Below the pieces are notes generated by a model. It saw only the letters and a list, made by a program, of their open reading frames with translations. It was not told where the DNA came from and ran no database searches. Shown piece after piece: positions 27,801-36,899 of a DNA stretch of 54,414 nucleotides. A program made the translations under genes and the position numbers. The DNA is from an uncultured Micavibrio sp. Its GTDB lineage: Bacteria; Pseudomonadota; Alphaproteobacteria; Micavibrionales; Micavibrionaceae. The stretch covers positions 1 to 54,414 of the forward strand of contig CAYYPX010000001.1 of the NCBI GenBank assembly GCA_964473655.1. The letters run 5' to 3'. Positions within the stretch are counted from its first letter, which is position 1. The number at the start of each line of letters is the position of its first letter.

Positions 27801-30800
27801 GGCGTCGCAGCCACCGGAACAGTTGCGGTTAACACCGGTGCAGGAACCGTTAATGTTACAGGGACATTCTCCTCCACCGCCGCAACATTGGGTATCACTA
27901 CGACGAACGCCGCTATCACACTCGCGGGCGTCACGTCAGGGGCGTTGAACCTTGCATCCGGCGGCGCGGCGATCATCACAGGCGCGATCACGGCAACAGG
28001 CGCGGTCGGCATTAACGCAGGCGCAAACACAATCAATGTCGGGGCGATTGCCGCCGGTACAAACGGCGTGACACTAACCACCGTCGGTTTTGGCATCACC
28101 ACAGCCGCGGTCACATCGGGTGCGTTCACGGTTGGATCAGGCGGCGGTATCATTAATTTCAACGGCAACATAGCCGCAAGTGGCATTACAGGCATTACAT
28201 CTGGCGGTGCCGCCGTCAATGCAAACGCTGCCTTTGGCGCAGGTGCGCTCACCATCACAACAGCAGGTGGTGCCTTTACCAAAGCCAACACCGGTGCGTT
28301 GACCGCCAGTACCATGACAATCACAACAACGAACGGTAATGTGAGCATCGGCACCGGCGGTGTCACCACCACTGGTGCAACAAACATAAACGCCGGAACA
28401 GGTTCTATCGCCATCGGCGGAACATGGACAGCAACCGGACAAACCATCGCGCTGACCACAAATAACAACACGGTCAACAAAGGCAATTCCACATCCGCAG
28501 CATTGACGGTCAACACATCGGGCGGTGCGGTTACATTCGCAGGCACAACAACAACAACCGGTATCCTGACCATCAACTCAGGCGCCGGGAATGTCGCGTT
28601 GAATGCAGCCGTCAATACGGCAGCAAACGCCTTCAACATCACCACGACAGGCGGCGAGATCAACAAAGCCGCCGCCATCACATCGACGGGTGCACTGACA
28701 TGGGCCAGCGGCGGCGGTAACATTATATGGGGTACGGGTGCGCTTACTGCAGCAACAGGATCAACAAGCTTGAACAGCGGCGGCGGTAACATCACGATCG
28801 GCGGATCGGGAATTGTTTACACCACGGGCGGCGCGGTGACATTGAACAGCGGCGCAACCGGTGTAATCTCTATCAACAATGTTATCACGACGGGAACGGG
28901 TGCTCTCGCCATCACAACAGACACCGACATGGTGATAGGCGCAGCGATTTCGGGAACGGGCGCTTTCTCTCTGACACAATTCTCTGCAGGAACCACGATC
29001 GGTATCGGCGCAGGGCAAGCAGGTACTATTAATATAAGCGCGGCGGAATACGCCTTGATCGGTCAAACATGGAGCGGTCTCACCATCGGCCGTATCGATG
29101 GTACGGGCGCAATCAACATTGCCGCCACAACATGGGGCGATAATTTAACGCTACGTTCATCGACAGGTGTCATCAGCTTGAATGGCGCACAAAACTTTGC
29201 CGGTAACAGTTTTACGATTACAACGGACGCCGACATCGTGGTCGGTGGACAATTGACCGGTACCGGTACGCTCACCATCGCACCGCAAACAAACACCACA
29301 ACAATCGGTATCGGCACCGGACAAACCGGAACGATTTCCTTTACTGATGCGGAAAAAGCGTTCCTGCACACAACATGGGGCAGCATCATCATTGGTTCGG
29401 TCAATATGACCGGCGATATAAATATCGGCGCGACGTCATGGCTCGATCCACTTACATTGCGCACCAATACTGGTGTCATTAATATCAATGGCGCACAGAC
29501 AATGGCGGCCAACGCACTGACCATCAACACCAACGCCGACCTCAACCTCGGTGGAAATCTTTCCGGTACGGGTGCGCTCACTATTTCAACCGTCGCCTCT
29601 AGCTCCACCACCATGGGATTCGGCGATGGACAAGTCGGAACGCTGAATCTGACCAACGCAGAGCTAAGCCGCATTCAATTCGGATGGTCGGGTATTACGC
29701 TAGGCAGCACGACAGCCGCCGGCACACTCAATCTTGGCGCGTGGACATGGGATGACGTTCTGACCGTTACAACGGCAGGCGGCAACATCAATATGGGCGC
29801 CACGACGATGACAGTAACGAACGGCCTGAACGTGACGACAACAACAGGTAACGTTGTTCTTGCCAACGCAACTTTCGGAACAACAGGTGCCCTGACCATC
29901 ACAACAACATCCGGCGGCGTGACTTTGAATGGCGCAACGATGGGAACAGGGAACCTTACCGTCAACACCAACGGAAACCTTGTCGTCGGCGGAAACCTGA
30001 ACGGTTCTTCCTCCAGCACGCTGACCATCCAAGGCCAAGCGAACGCAACAACAATGGGTATCGGCGATGCTCAGGTCGGCACGATCAACTTAACCAACGC
30101 CGAACTTGATTTCATTCAAGATGGCTGGGGCTCTCTCGTCTTTGGTCTGACAACATCGACCGGCGCGGTCAATCTTGGTAACTACACATGGAAAGACGCA
30201 CTGACAGTCCGCAGTGGATCCGGTCTTATGACCGTCGATGGCGCGACAATGGGCGCAAACAATTTGACCATCATGACAGATTCCGCCTTTGCTTTGAATG
30301 GAGCATTGTCAGGGACGGGAACTTTGACACTACGTTCCACGTCGAACGTCGTGAGCATGGCGATCGGTGACGGACAGACCGGAACGGTCCAGCTAAGCTC
30401 AACAGAACTTGCCAACATCCAAAGCAACTGGAACAGCGTTATCATCGGTCATGCGGGTCTGACCAATACGATGAATATCGGGCAGATGACATGGGGCAAC
30501 AACATTACCTTCTTGTCTAACAGCGGCGCGATCACCGTCAATGGTGCGCAGCAGATGGGCGCCAACAACCTGACATTCACCACCAACGCGGATCCGACTT
30601 TTGCGGCAGGCCTTGCCGGTACGGGAATTCTAACCATTCAATCGACGACCAACAGCATCGATATGGGTATCGGCGATGGTCAGGCCGGTAACGTTCTTCT
30701 TTCCAACGCCGACCTTGGAAATATTCTGAATGGATGGAATCAAATCGTCTTTTCAACGACGGGCACCGGCGCGGATATCAATCTGGGTGCTTACACATGG

Positions 30801-33800
30801 CAGTACGATACACTGTTCCGTACCGCGCCCGGCATCATCACCATTGCAGGCGATCAGCAAACAAACAAAAACATGACGTTCGAAACGAACGCTAATATTG
30901 CCATCAATGCCAATCTAGGTGGATCGGGCACGCTCACCATTCGCGGCCAAGCCGTTGGCACCACGATGACTATTGCAACAACCGGTGGCAATATCGTCGT
31001 TGATGCTACGGAATTGGGGCGCATTGCAGATGGATGGGATCAAATCGTCTTCGGACGCACCGATGCAACGGGAACGATAAATGCAGGTGCGTATTCGAAC
31101 TGGAACGACAATGTTCGCTTTGCAACCGGAACAGGCATCATAACAGTATCGGGCGCACAGAATTTTAATGGAAACGATCTTACCATCTCAACGAACTCAA
31201 ACCTCGCCCTTAGCAACACCATTACCAGCGCAGGTGGAGATTTAATCATCGAAGGATCGGCCGCCAACACAACCATCAATTTGGTTGCTGCCGGCGGCAC
31301 GCTCAACCTGACCGCGGCAGAATTGAACCAGATCTCGGATGGTTGGAACTCTCTGACCTTCGGTAATATTACCGGCACAGGTGTCATCTCGATTGCGGCC
31401 TATACATGGAAAGACAATGCAACCTTTATTACCAGAGGAAACATCGCCGTAAGCGGCGTTCAATCCTCGAATGCTTCGACAGACGTCACCTATGTTTCTC
31501 TGGCAGGTAACTTCGTCAACAGCGCGGGCGCAACACCATTCTCCGGCGTCGGCGCAGGCGGGCGATACCTTATATATTCCACGGCGTCTGGTTCAGACAC
31601 TTACGGCGGCTTTACACCACCCACGGCTATTAACGCACAAACCTACTTCTCGCAGCCACCATCATCCATCGCTGCCGGCCAGAACCGTATTATATACAAT
31701 TCAGGCGCGGCAAAAATTCTTTACCTAAAGATCGATGATCAAACGAAGGTCTACGGCGATACATTGCCGACATTCACCTATACATATCTAGGTGGATTGC
31801 AGGGCGGCGAGCTTCTTAGCAACGCGATAACATCTTTCAGCTTGAATGCCGTTGGCGCGAGCATGACCGATGATGCAGGCACGATGACGGCGATCACGGG
31901 AAGCTTCAGCACCGCGCTTGGCTACACAACTGTGGTCACGAACGGAACACTCACCGTAACAAAAGCTCCAATCCTGATCACCGCAAGCAACACATCGCAA
32001 ACATATGGTGATGCAACGCCGACCTTTACCATTAATTATATTGGTCTTCGTAACGGTGAGACATCTAGTGTAATCGATACGCTTGCGACCGCATCATCGG
32101 GTACCAGCAATTTAACGAATGCAGGAACGTATAACATCACGGTCTCCGGTGCGATCGACAATAACTACACCTTTAACTATGCGGCGGGCACACTCACGAT
32201 CAACAAAGCCGTTTTGACGGCAACGACACAAAACGCCACCCGTGAATTCGGTGATGCCAACCCATCGATGAGTATTGTCTATACCGGATTCAAAAACGGG
32301 GAAGATGACACCGTCATCGATTCATTTGCAACAGCATCATCAGCCGCAGTTGCAACAACAGGCATTGGTAACTATACAATATCGGGAAGCGGCGGTCTTG
32401 ATAACAACTACACGTTCAACTTCGTCAACACCGGCCAGCTCACAATCACCAGAGCAACGCTGACGGCGACAACGCAGAATGCCACCCGCGAATACGGCTT
32501 GGCCAACCCATCGATGAGCGTCGTCTATACCGGGTTTAAAAATGCCGATGGCGTGGGCGTTGTGACAACACCTTCAACGGTCATCAGCGGCGCAACCTTA
32601 ACATCCGATGTTGGCGATTATGCGATCACGGCATCTGGCGCGGCGGCTTCGAACTATCAGTTCGTATATGTGAATAGCGGCCTTCTAACCGTGACAAAAG
32701 CAACCGTTACAGTGACAACACAAAACTCTAGCCGCGAATATGGTGATGCGAATACGGGCCTATCGGCGTCTTATTCCGGTTTCCGCAACGGACAAACATC
32801 GGCTGTCCTGACATCGCCAACACTATTTTCTAGCACCGCCAATAATACTTCTGCGGCAGGAACCACATACGCCATCACAGCAACGGGTGCAGACGCGCTC
32901 AACTATCAATTCAACTACGTGAATAGCGGTCTTCTAACGATCACAAAAGCGACCGTGACGGGCACGACGCAAAACGCCACCCGTGAATATGGCGATGCGA
33001 ACCCGGCTCTTTCCATCGTCTATACAGGATTTAAAAACGGCGAAGACCAAACGGTTCTGAATGTATTGGGAACGGCGAGCACCACAGCATCAGCCGTCAC
33101 AGGCATCGGCGATTACGCTATCACAGGCTCCGGCGGAACGGATGACAACTACAACATCGTCTACAACAACGCAGGCCTATTGACGATCGCAAGAGCAACG
33201 ATCAATGTCACCGCCAACAATGCAACGCGTGAGTACGGCCTCGCCAACCCCGCTATGAGCATCGCTTCCTACACCGGATTCAAAAACGGCGAAGACACCA
33301 GCGTTTTCACGTCTTTGGCCACAGCAGGCACCACAGCAACAATTCTTTCCGATGTTGGAAACTATAATATTCTTGGAACGGGTGCTGCCGCCGCCAACTA
33401 TCAATTCAATTATATTGCAGGCACGCTTTCGGTCACCAAGGCAATGTTGACGGCAACCACACAAAACGCCACCCGTGAATATGGTCTGGCCAACCCGACA
33501 TTGTCGGTGGTCTACACAGGATTTAGAAACGGCGATGATGAACTTGATCTCAATACGCAGGCCAATGTAACCACGGGCGCAACGTTAGCATCCAATGTTG
33601 GCACATATGGCATCAGCGCAAGCGGCGCGTCAGATAACAATTATGACTTCACCTATGTGAACACCGGAAATCTTGACATCACCAAGGCGATGTTGACGGT
33701 TACAACTCAGAACAACACCCGCGAGTATGGTCTCGCCAACCCGACATTATCGGTTGCCTATAGCGGGTTTAGAAATGGCGATGACGAACTTGATTTGACG

Positions 33801-36452
33801 ACCCAAGCAAACGTTACAACCGGCGCAACAATTTTATCAAATGTTGGTACATATGGTATTAGCTCTACTGGTGCCTTTGACGATAATTATGATTTCACCT
33901 ATGTGAATACCGGTAACCTATCCATCACCAAAGCGATGCTGACCGCGACGACGCAAAACGCCAACCGCGAATACGGCCTTGCAAACCCGACGCTTTCGGT
34001 CGTTTACACTGGATACAGAAACGGCGACGACGATCTTGATCTGACGACCCAAGCAAACGTTACAACAGGCGCAACAATCTTCTCGAATGTCGGCACGTAC
34101 GGCATTTCGGCCACCGGCGCATTCGATGACAATTATGATTTCACCTATGTGAATACCGGTAACCTATCCATCACCAAAGCGATGCTGACCGCGACGACAC
34201 AAAACGCCAACCGTGAATACGGCCTTGCAAACCCGACATTGTCGGTTGTCTATACCGGATTCAGAAATGGCGATGATGAGCTTGATCTGACGACCCAAGC
34301 GAATGTCACGACGGGCGCAACAATCTTTTCGAATGTCGGCACGTACGGCATTTCGGCCACCGGCGCGTTCGATGACAATTACGACTTCACCTATGCGAAC
34401 ACGGGTAACTTAAGCATCACGCAGGCAACCTTGACCGCGACGACACAGGACAACACCCGCGAGTATGGCCTTGCCAACCCAACGCTTTCTGTCATTTACA
34501 CCGGATTCCGTAATGGCGACGACGAATTTGATATCGATACAGGCGCGAATGTCACAAGTGCCGCCTTGATCGGCTCCGATGTCGGCACGTACGGCATTTC
34601 GGCCAGCGGAGCCGCCGACACCAATTACACCTTTATATATGTGAACACCGGCAATCTATCGGTCACCAAAGCGATGTTGACCGCGACAACGCAGAGCGAT
34701 AGCCGCGAATACGGTCTCGCTAACCCAACGCTTTCCGTGATCTACACGGGTTTCCGCAATGGCGATGACGATCTGGACATCAATACGCTGGCCAATGTCA
34801 CAACGGGCGCAACTTTAACATCCAATGTCGGCACGTACGGCATTTCGGCCAGCGGCGCGTTCGATAATAACTATGACTTTACCTACGTAAATACAGGCAA
34901 CCTGTCCGTCACCAAAGCGATGCTGACCGCCACAACACAGAACGACACACGCGAATACGGCTTGGCCAACCCAACGCTTTCTGTGATCTACACGGGTTTC
35001 CGCAATGGCGATGACGATCTGGACATTGATACGCTGGCCAATGTCACAACGGGTGCAACATTGACATCCAACGTTGGCACATATGGCATCAGTGCGAACG
35101 GTGCCTTCGACAATAACTATGACTTTGCCTACGTGAATACGGGCAACCTGTCGGTCACCAAGGCCATGTTGACGGCAACAACGCAAAGCGATAGCCGCGA
35201 ATATGGCCTCGCCAACCCAACCTTGAATGTCACCTACACAGGATTCAGAAACGGCGATGATGAGCTTGACCTCACCACGCTGGCCACAGCCTCGACCATT
35301 GCCGATCTATTATCCAATGTTGGCACATACGCCATCACCGCCGCAGGTGCGTTCGATGACAACTATGACTTTACTTACGCGAACACCGGTAACCTTTCGG
35401 TCACCAAAGCGATGCTAACCGCGACAACGCAGAATGCTACCCGTGAATACGGCCTCGCCAACCCCGCGATGAGTATCGTCTATACAGGATTCAGAAACGG
35501 CGATGACGATCTGGATATCGACATGCTGGGTACGGCTTCCTCTCTTGCCAATTTGCTGTCGAATGTCGGAACCTACGCCATCACGGGTTCGGGTGCGCTT
35601 GATAACAACTACGACTTCACCTATGTGAACACCGGTAACCTGTCCATCACGAAGGCAATGCTGACGGCGACAACGCAAAACGCCACCCGTGAATATGGCC
35701 TTGCCAACCCAACCTTGAATGTTGCTTATTCCGGATTCAGGAACGGTGATGACGCTTTTGATCTTAATGTGTGGGCCGCACCAACAACAGGAGCCACCAT
35801 CCTTTCCGATGTCGGCACATACGGTATCAGCGCGAGCGGCGCAAGCGCCACAAACTATGATTTCACTTACGTGAATACGGGCACTTTATCGATTACCCAA
35901 GCTACGATCACCGTCGATGTCGATGATACATACAGGGAATTTAGTAATCCGAACCCAACCTTCTCGGCGACCTATAGTGGATTTAGAAACGGTGAAACCA
36001 CCAGCGTAATCGATCTATTGCCGACCTTTAACACGATCGCCACAAACGGATCGCCAGAGGGCACATACGCCATCACGGCCGGCGGGGCAAGCGATAACAA
36101 TTACAGCTTCATCTACTTGAATGGTATGTTGACCATCATCGCCGATGGCGCGCCGCCACCAGTAATTACGCCGCCAGCACCGCCGGTAACAACAACACCG
36201 CCATCGAACAATATTCCGAGCACGGCGGAGCGTTCGACCAGCGCGCCGGATTCGTACTACCTCTACAACACGCCGTTCGCATCCGTATATTTGGGCGACA
36301 TCGTAAGCAACCAAACACCATCGATCGTCTTCATCGATGATGACAGTGTATTCGATACTAGTCGCCGCGGCACATACCTGATCGCGATCACCGAACGCCT
36401 GCGCCGCGAATATTACGGCGAAGAGCGCGAAGAGCAGGATTCGGACGAATAA
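24897..36452 (+). CDS. Giant two-partner-secretion exoprotein (TpsA / filamentous haemagglutinin family), 3851 aa
   Basis: Signal peptide ...GGTNAFA|EP. The TPS domain has the hallmarks ILQSTDRAIIRWDTFDINSSEHVQFLQPNSSSITVNRI and NGNIILINPNGILFGASSVVDVGGLIATT. Long Gly/Thr/Asn/Ala-rich beta-helix-type repeats follow, then 18 tandem ~82-aa units (LTATTQNATREYGLANP.LSV.YTGFRNGDD...NYDFTYVNTGNLS.TKA) that I associate with MBG/YGX-type domains. The C-terminal tail is Pro-rich and acidic. Confidence 0.92.
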   Translation: MLVPKKYSRVLMHTTALVAALCVGGTNAFAEPTGGTVTSGSAGISTSGNTTSILQSTDRAIIRWDTFDINSSEHVQFLQPNSSSITVNRIRDSKASQIDGRLSANGNIILINPNGILFGASSVVDVGGLIATTSDLDDDNAFMNGGAVKFTKPGDPNAKIVNSGTITVRDGGLVGLVAPNVENHGVIQAKLGKVHLASGDIHTIDLAGDGLIKLEVSEHVYAQSVKNTGTIKADGGEILLTAAAARGIVDTLVTNTGTLQANTVTLTDGTQKTGRITVSTYGLNLTVPHDITVTTPDLAVQPPRIINTGTLSVNGDLVDQVAGSITVLGKLIQIGDGSVVTASGDSGGGDIRIGGDYQGGNNVPTSDMVFISEHAILSANARRRGDGGRIILWSDENTRFYGHAESMGGIDGGNGGLIEVSSKKFLDFNGTTDLRGETNGILLLDPTDITISTGANSNVNGASPFAPTADDVVSVLNITTLQAALASGNVIVQTRATGAQAGNITVANALSWTSGNTLTLDAHGGIIVNAAIAANSGSITMIAGADVAFNANITGTGTITIRQANDSMTMGIAGGAGTLNLSAADLTRIVDGWGNIILGRATSTVATTVNARTWNDNLTILSGTGAVNIAGTQTMAANTLTITTANGAVGIGGMAGTTGGLTVSSGGAAISITGAVATGGAVSLTSAGGTISNSATLGSGALTMTSGGGIITLGSAVTATGTTNINSGAGALNINAALSSGTNALTLTTAGSNITTNASGAITGGVINMTTSGGNIVTGSTITASNTTTLNSGAGLINLGGNLNAGANSVSLTTTARTITTLGLTSSGLTINSNGANVSTGAISASGAVSITSGAGTINVGAITSGTNAVTLTSTGFGITTAAITSGALSIASSGGIITTNGAIAAAGITNINSGAAAMNINNALGSGAFAMTLTTTGTAITKNNTGAITSAALTINTSGGNLSIGTAGVAATGTVAVNTGAGTVNVTGTFSSTAATLGITTTNAAITLAGVTSGALNLASGGAAIITGAITATGAVGINAGANTINVGAIAAGTNGVTLTTVGFGITTAAVTSGAFTVGSGGGIINFNGNIAASGITGITSGGAAVNANAAFGAGALTITTAGGAFTKANTGALTASTMTITTTNGNVSIGTGGVTTTGATNINAGTGSIAIGGTWTATGQTIALTTNNNTVNKGNSTSAALTVNTSGGAVTFAGTTTTTGILTINSGAGNVALNAAVNTAANAFNITTTGGEINKAAAITSTGALTWASGGGNIIWGTGALTAATGSTSLNSGGGNITIGGSGIVYTTGGAVTLNSGATGVISINNVITTGTGALAITTDTDMVIGAAISGTGAFSLTQFSAGTTIGIGAGQAGTINISAAEYALIGQTWSGLTIGRIDGTGAINIAATTWGDNLTLRSSTGVISLNGAQNFAGNSFTITTDADIVVGGQLTGTGTLTIAPQTNTTTIGIGTGQTGTISFTDAEKAFLHTTWGSIIIGSVNMTGDINIGATSWLDPLTLRTNTGVININGAQTMAANALTINTNADLNLGGNLSGTGALTISTVASSSTTMGFGDGQVGTLNLTNAELSRIQFGWSGITLGSTTAAGTLNLGAWTWDDVLTVTTAGGNINMGATTMTVTNGLNVTTTTGNVVLANATFGTTGALTITTTSGGVTLNGATMGTGNLTVNTNGNLVVGGNLNGSSSSTLTIQGQANATTMGIGDAQVGTINLTNAELDFIQDGWGSLVFGLTTSTGAVNLGNYTWKDALTVRSGSGLMTVDGATMGANNLTIMTDSAFALNGALSGTGTLTLRSTSNVVSMAIGDGQTGTVQLSSTELANIQSNWNSVIIGHAGLTNTMNIGQMTWGNNITFLSNSGAITVNGAQQMGANNLTFTTNADPTFAAGLAGTGILTIQSTTNSIDMGIGDGQAGNVLLSNADLGNILNGWNQIVFSTTGTGADINLGAYTWQYDTLFRTAPGIITIAGDQQTNKNMTFETNANIAINANLGGSGTLTIRGQAVGTTMTIATTGGNIVVDATELGRIADGWDQIVFGRTDATGTINAGAYSNWNDNVRFATGTGIITVSGAQNFNGNDLTISTNSNLALSNTITSAGGDLIIEGSAANTTINLVAAGGTLNLTAAELNQISDGWNSLTFGNITGTGVISIAAYTWKDNATFITRGNIAVSGVQSSNASTDVTYVSLAGNFVNSAGATPFSGVGAGGRYLIYSTASGSDTYGGFTPPTAINAQTYFSQPPSSIAAGQNRIIYNSGAAKILYLKIDDQTKVYGDTLPTFTYTYLGGLQGGELLSNAITSFSLNAVGASMTDDAGTMTAITGSFSTALGYTTVVTNGTLTVTKAPILITASNTSQTYGDATPTFTINYIGLRNGETSSVIDTLATASSGTSNLTNAGTYNITVSGAIDNNYTFNYAAGTLTINKAVLTATTQNATREFGDANPSMSIVYTGFKNGEDDTVIDSFATASSAAVATTGIGNYTISGSGGLDNNYTFNFVNTGQLTITRATLTATTQNATREYGLANPSMSVVYTGFKNADGVGVVTTPSTVISGATLTSDVGDYAITASGAAASNYQFVYVNSGLLTVTKATVTVTTQNSSREYGDANTGLSASYSGFRNGQTSAVLTSPTLFSSTANNTSAAGTTYAITATGADALNYQFNYVNSGLLTITKATVTGTTQNATREYGDANPALSIVYTGFKNGEDQTVLNVLGTASTTASAVTGIGDYAITGSGGTDDNYNIVYNNAGLLTIARATINVTANNATREYGLANPAMSIASYTGFKNGEDTSVFTSLATAGTTATILSDVGNYNILGTGAAAANYQFNYIAGTLSVTKAMLTATTQNATREYGLANPTLSVVYTGFRNGDDELDLNTQANVTTGATLASNVGTYGISASGASDNNYDFTYVNTGNLDITKAMLTVTTQNNTREYGLANPTLSVAYSGFRNGDDELDLTTQANVTTGATILSNVGTYGISSTGAFDDNYDFTYVNTGNLSITKAMLTATTQNANREYGLANPTLSVVYTGYRNGDDDLDLTTQANVTTGATIFSNVGTYGISATGAFDDNYDFTYVNTGNLSITKAMLTATTQNANREYGLANPTLSVVYTGFRNGDDELDLTTQANVTTGATIFSNVGTYGISATGAFDDNYDFTYANTGNLSITQATLTATTQDNTREYGLANPTLSVIYTGFRNGDDEFDIDTGANVTSAALIGSDVGTYGISASGAADTNYTFIYVNTGNLSVTKAMLTATTQSDSREYGLANPTLSVIYTGFRNGDDDLDINTLANVTTGATLTSNVGTYGISASGAFDNNYDFTYVNTGNLSVTKAMLTATTQNDTREYGLANPTLSVIYTGFRNGDDDLDIDTLANVTTGATLTSNVGTYGISANGAFDNNYDFAYVNTGNLSVTKAMLTATTQSDSREYGLANPTLNVTYTGFRNGDDELDLTTLATASTIADLLSNVGTYAITAAGAFDDNYDFTYANTGNLSVTKAMLTATTQNATREYGLANPAMSIVYTGFRNGDDDLDIDMLGTASSLANLLSNVGTYAITGSGALDNNYDFTYVNTGNLSITKAMLTATTQNATREYGLANPTLNVAYSGFRNGDDAFDLNVWAAPTTGATILSDVGTYGISASGASATNYDFTYVNTGTLSITQATITVDVDDTYREFSNPNPTFSATYSGFRNGETTSVIDLLPTFNTIATNGSPEGTYAITAGGASDNNYSFIYLNGMLTIIADGAPPPVITPPAPPVTTTPPSNNIPSTAERSTSAPDSYYLYNTPFASVYLGDIVSNQTPSIVFIDDDSVFDTSRRGTYLIAITERLRREYYGEEREEQDSDE
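24987..25800 (+). other. TPS (haemagglutination activity) secretion domain of the TpsA protein (approximate bounds)
   Basis: The NPNG/NPNL-like motifs listed above lie within the first ~300 residues. Confidence 0.8.
28908..31440 (+). repeat. Eight tandem ~102-aa (~306-bp) coding repeats inside the TpsA gene (approximate bounds)
   Basis: Recurring pattern I.T.AD......L.GTG.LTI.......TMGIGDGQ.GT..L...EL..I..GW......G....TG..N.GA.TW.D.LT.R...G.I...GAQ....N.LT. One diverged extra copy lies near 26500-26860. Confidence 0.75.
31710..36140 (+). repeat. Eighteen tandem ~246-bp (82-aa) coding repeats inside the TpsA gene (approximate bounds)
   Basis: The period was measured between identical GATTTCACCTATGTGAATACCGG strings at 33891 and 34137, giving 246 nt. 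Adjacent central units share near-identical stretches of about 70-95 nt, separated by diverged segments. Confidence 0.85.
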
Positions 36453-36542
36453 TCCCCACACTTATATGTAATAGCCAGCCAATCATGATGTTATCGGGCT
36501 TGACGAATGGCGTAACGCGCCACGCATTGGAATGGCGGGGAC

Positions 36543-36722
36543 ATGGTTGAAAAGTATTGGCTTGGTTATTACGCCAGCATATTCAACCCGGTGCGCCCGA
36601 AAAAAGGTGCGATGTTGAATCAGATGCCCAAAAAATATTGGAAAAATATGCCAGAGACCATTTTGGTGAAAGACCTTCTTCGTGGCGCCGATGCTAGGGT
36701 CAAAAAAATGCTGACCGAATGA
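36543..36722 (+). pseudogene. Relic of a DUF4130 / family-4 uracil-DNA-glycosylase-type gene (59 codons)
   Basis: The translation MVEKYWLGYYASIFNPVRPKKGAMLNQMPKKYWKNMPETILVKDLLRGADARVKKMLTE matches from memory the conserved W..YY.SIFNPAR....M...MP..YW.NLPE segment that normally sits between a DUF4130 domain and a UDG domain. Both neighbouring domains are missing here. It falls below the track's size cut-off. Confidence 0.45.
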
Positions 36723-36765
36723 GCCAGTATTTCGCCTTCTTTAGGAACCGGAATGTGGGAAATAA

Positions 36766-36855
36766 TGGCGGACAGGATGAGATTCGAACTCACGATAGGG
36801 GTTAACCTATACACACTTTCCAGGCGTGCGCCTTCAACCGCTCGGCCACCTGTCC
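36766..36855 (-). tRNA. tRNA-Ser (anticodon GGA), CCA encoded
   Basis: The reverse complement folds as a cloverleaf: acceptor GGACAGG/CCTGTCC, anticodon stem CACGC/GTGTG with loop CTGGAAA, a long variable arm (ATAGG..CCTAT), T-arm GTGAG-TTCGAAT-CTCAT, and 3' GCCA. Confidence 0.92.
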
Positions 36856-36870
36856 GCAAAAGAATGCCGG

Positions 36871-36899
36871 ACCTTATCCAAAAAGGCGGCGAAGTTCAA
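36871..36899 (-). promoter_or_regulatory. Candidate promoter of tRNA-Ser (TTGAAC-17 nt-TAAGGT on the minus strand)
   Basis: The hexamers are the reverse complements of 36894-36899 and 36871-36876. The -10 element ends 15 nt before the mature tRNA 5' end. Confidence 0.3.

Noticed and set aside
26339-28795. 818-aa minus-strand ORF (and many smaller ones between 25128 and 36461) inside the giant gene
   Set aside because: Its composition is Pro/Val/Ala/Met-only, generated by reading the GGC/ACC/GCN-rich repeat codons of the TpsA gene in reverse. It has no start context, and the plus-strand frame carries clear TPS-domain and repeat homology.
31710-36140. Regularly spaced repeats that could superficially suggest a CRISPR array or satellite
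   Set aside because: The 246-bp period is a multiple of 3, and the repeats sit in one uninterrupted reading frame encoding a recognisable protein-domain repeat. There is no short repeat/unique spacer organisation.
12410-36855. Search for mobility genes or att repeats that would define the accessory block as a classical genomic island or prophage
   Set aside because: No integrase, transposase, phage or conjugation gene was recognisable in any frame, and no repeat of the tRNA-Ser 3' end was spotted by eye. I therefore report only a possible boundary, not a mobile element.
36620-36859. 79-aa minus-strand ORF
   Set aside because: It overlaps the tRNA-Ser gene completely, so the tRNA cloverleaf explains the sequence.
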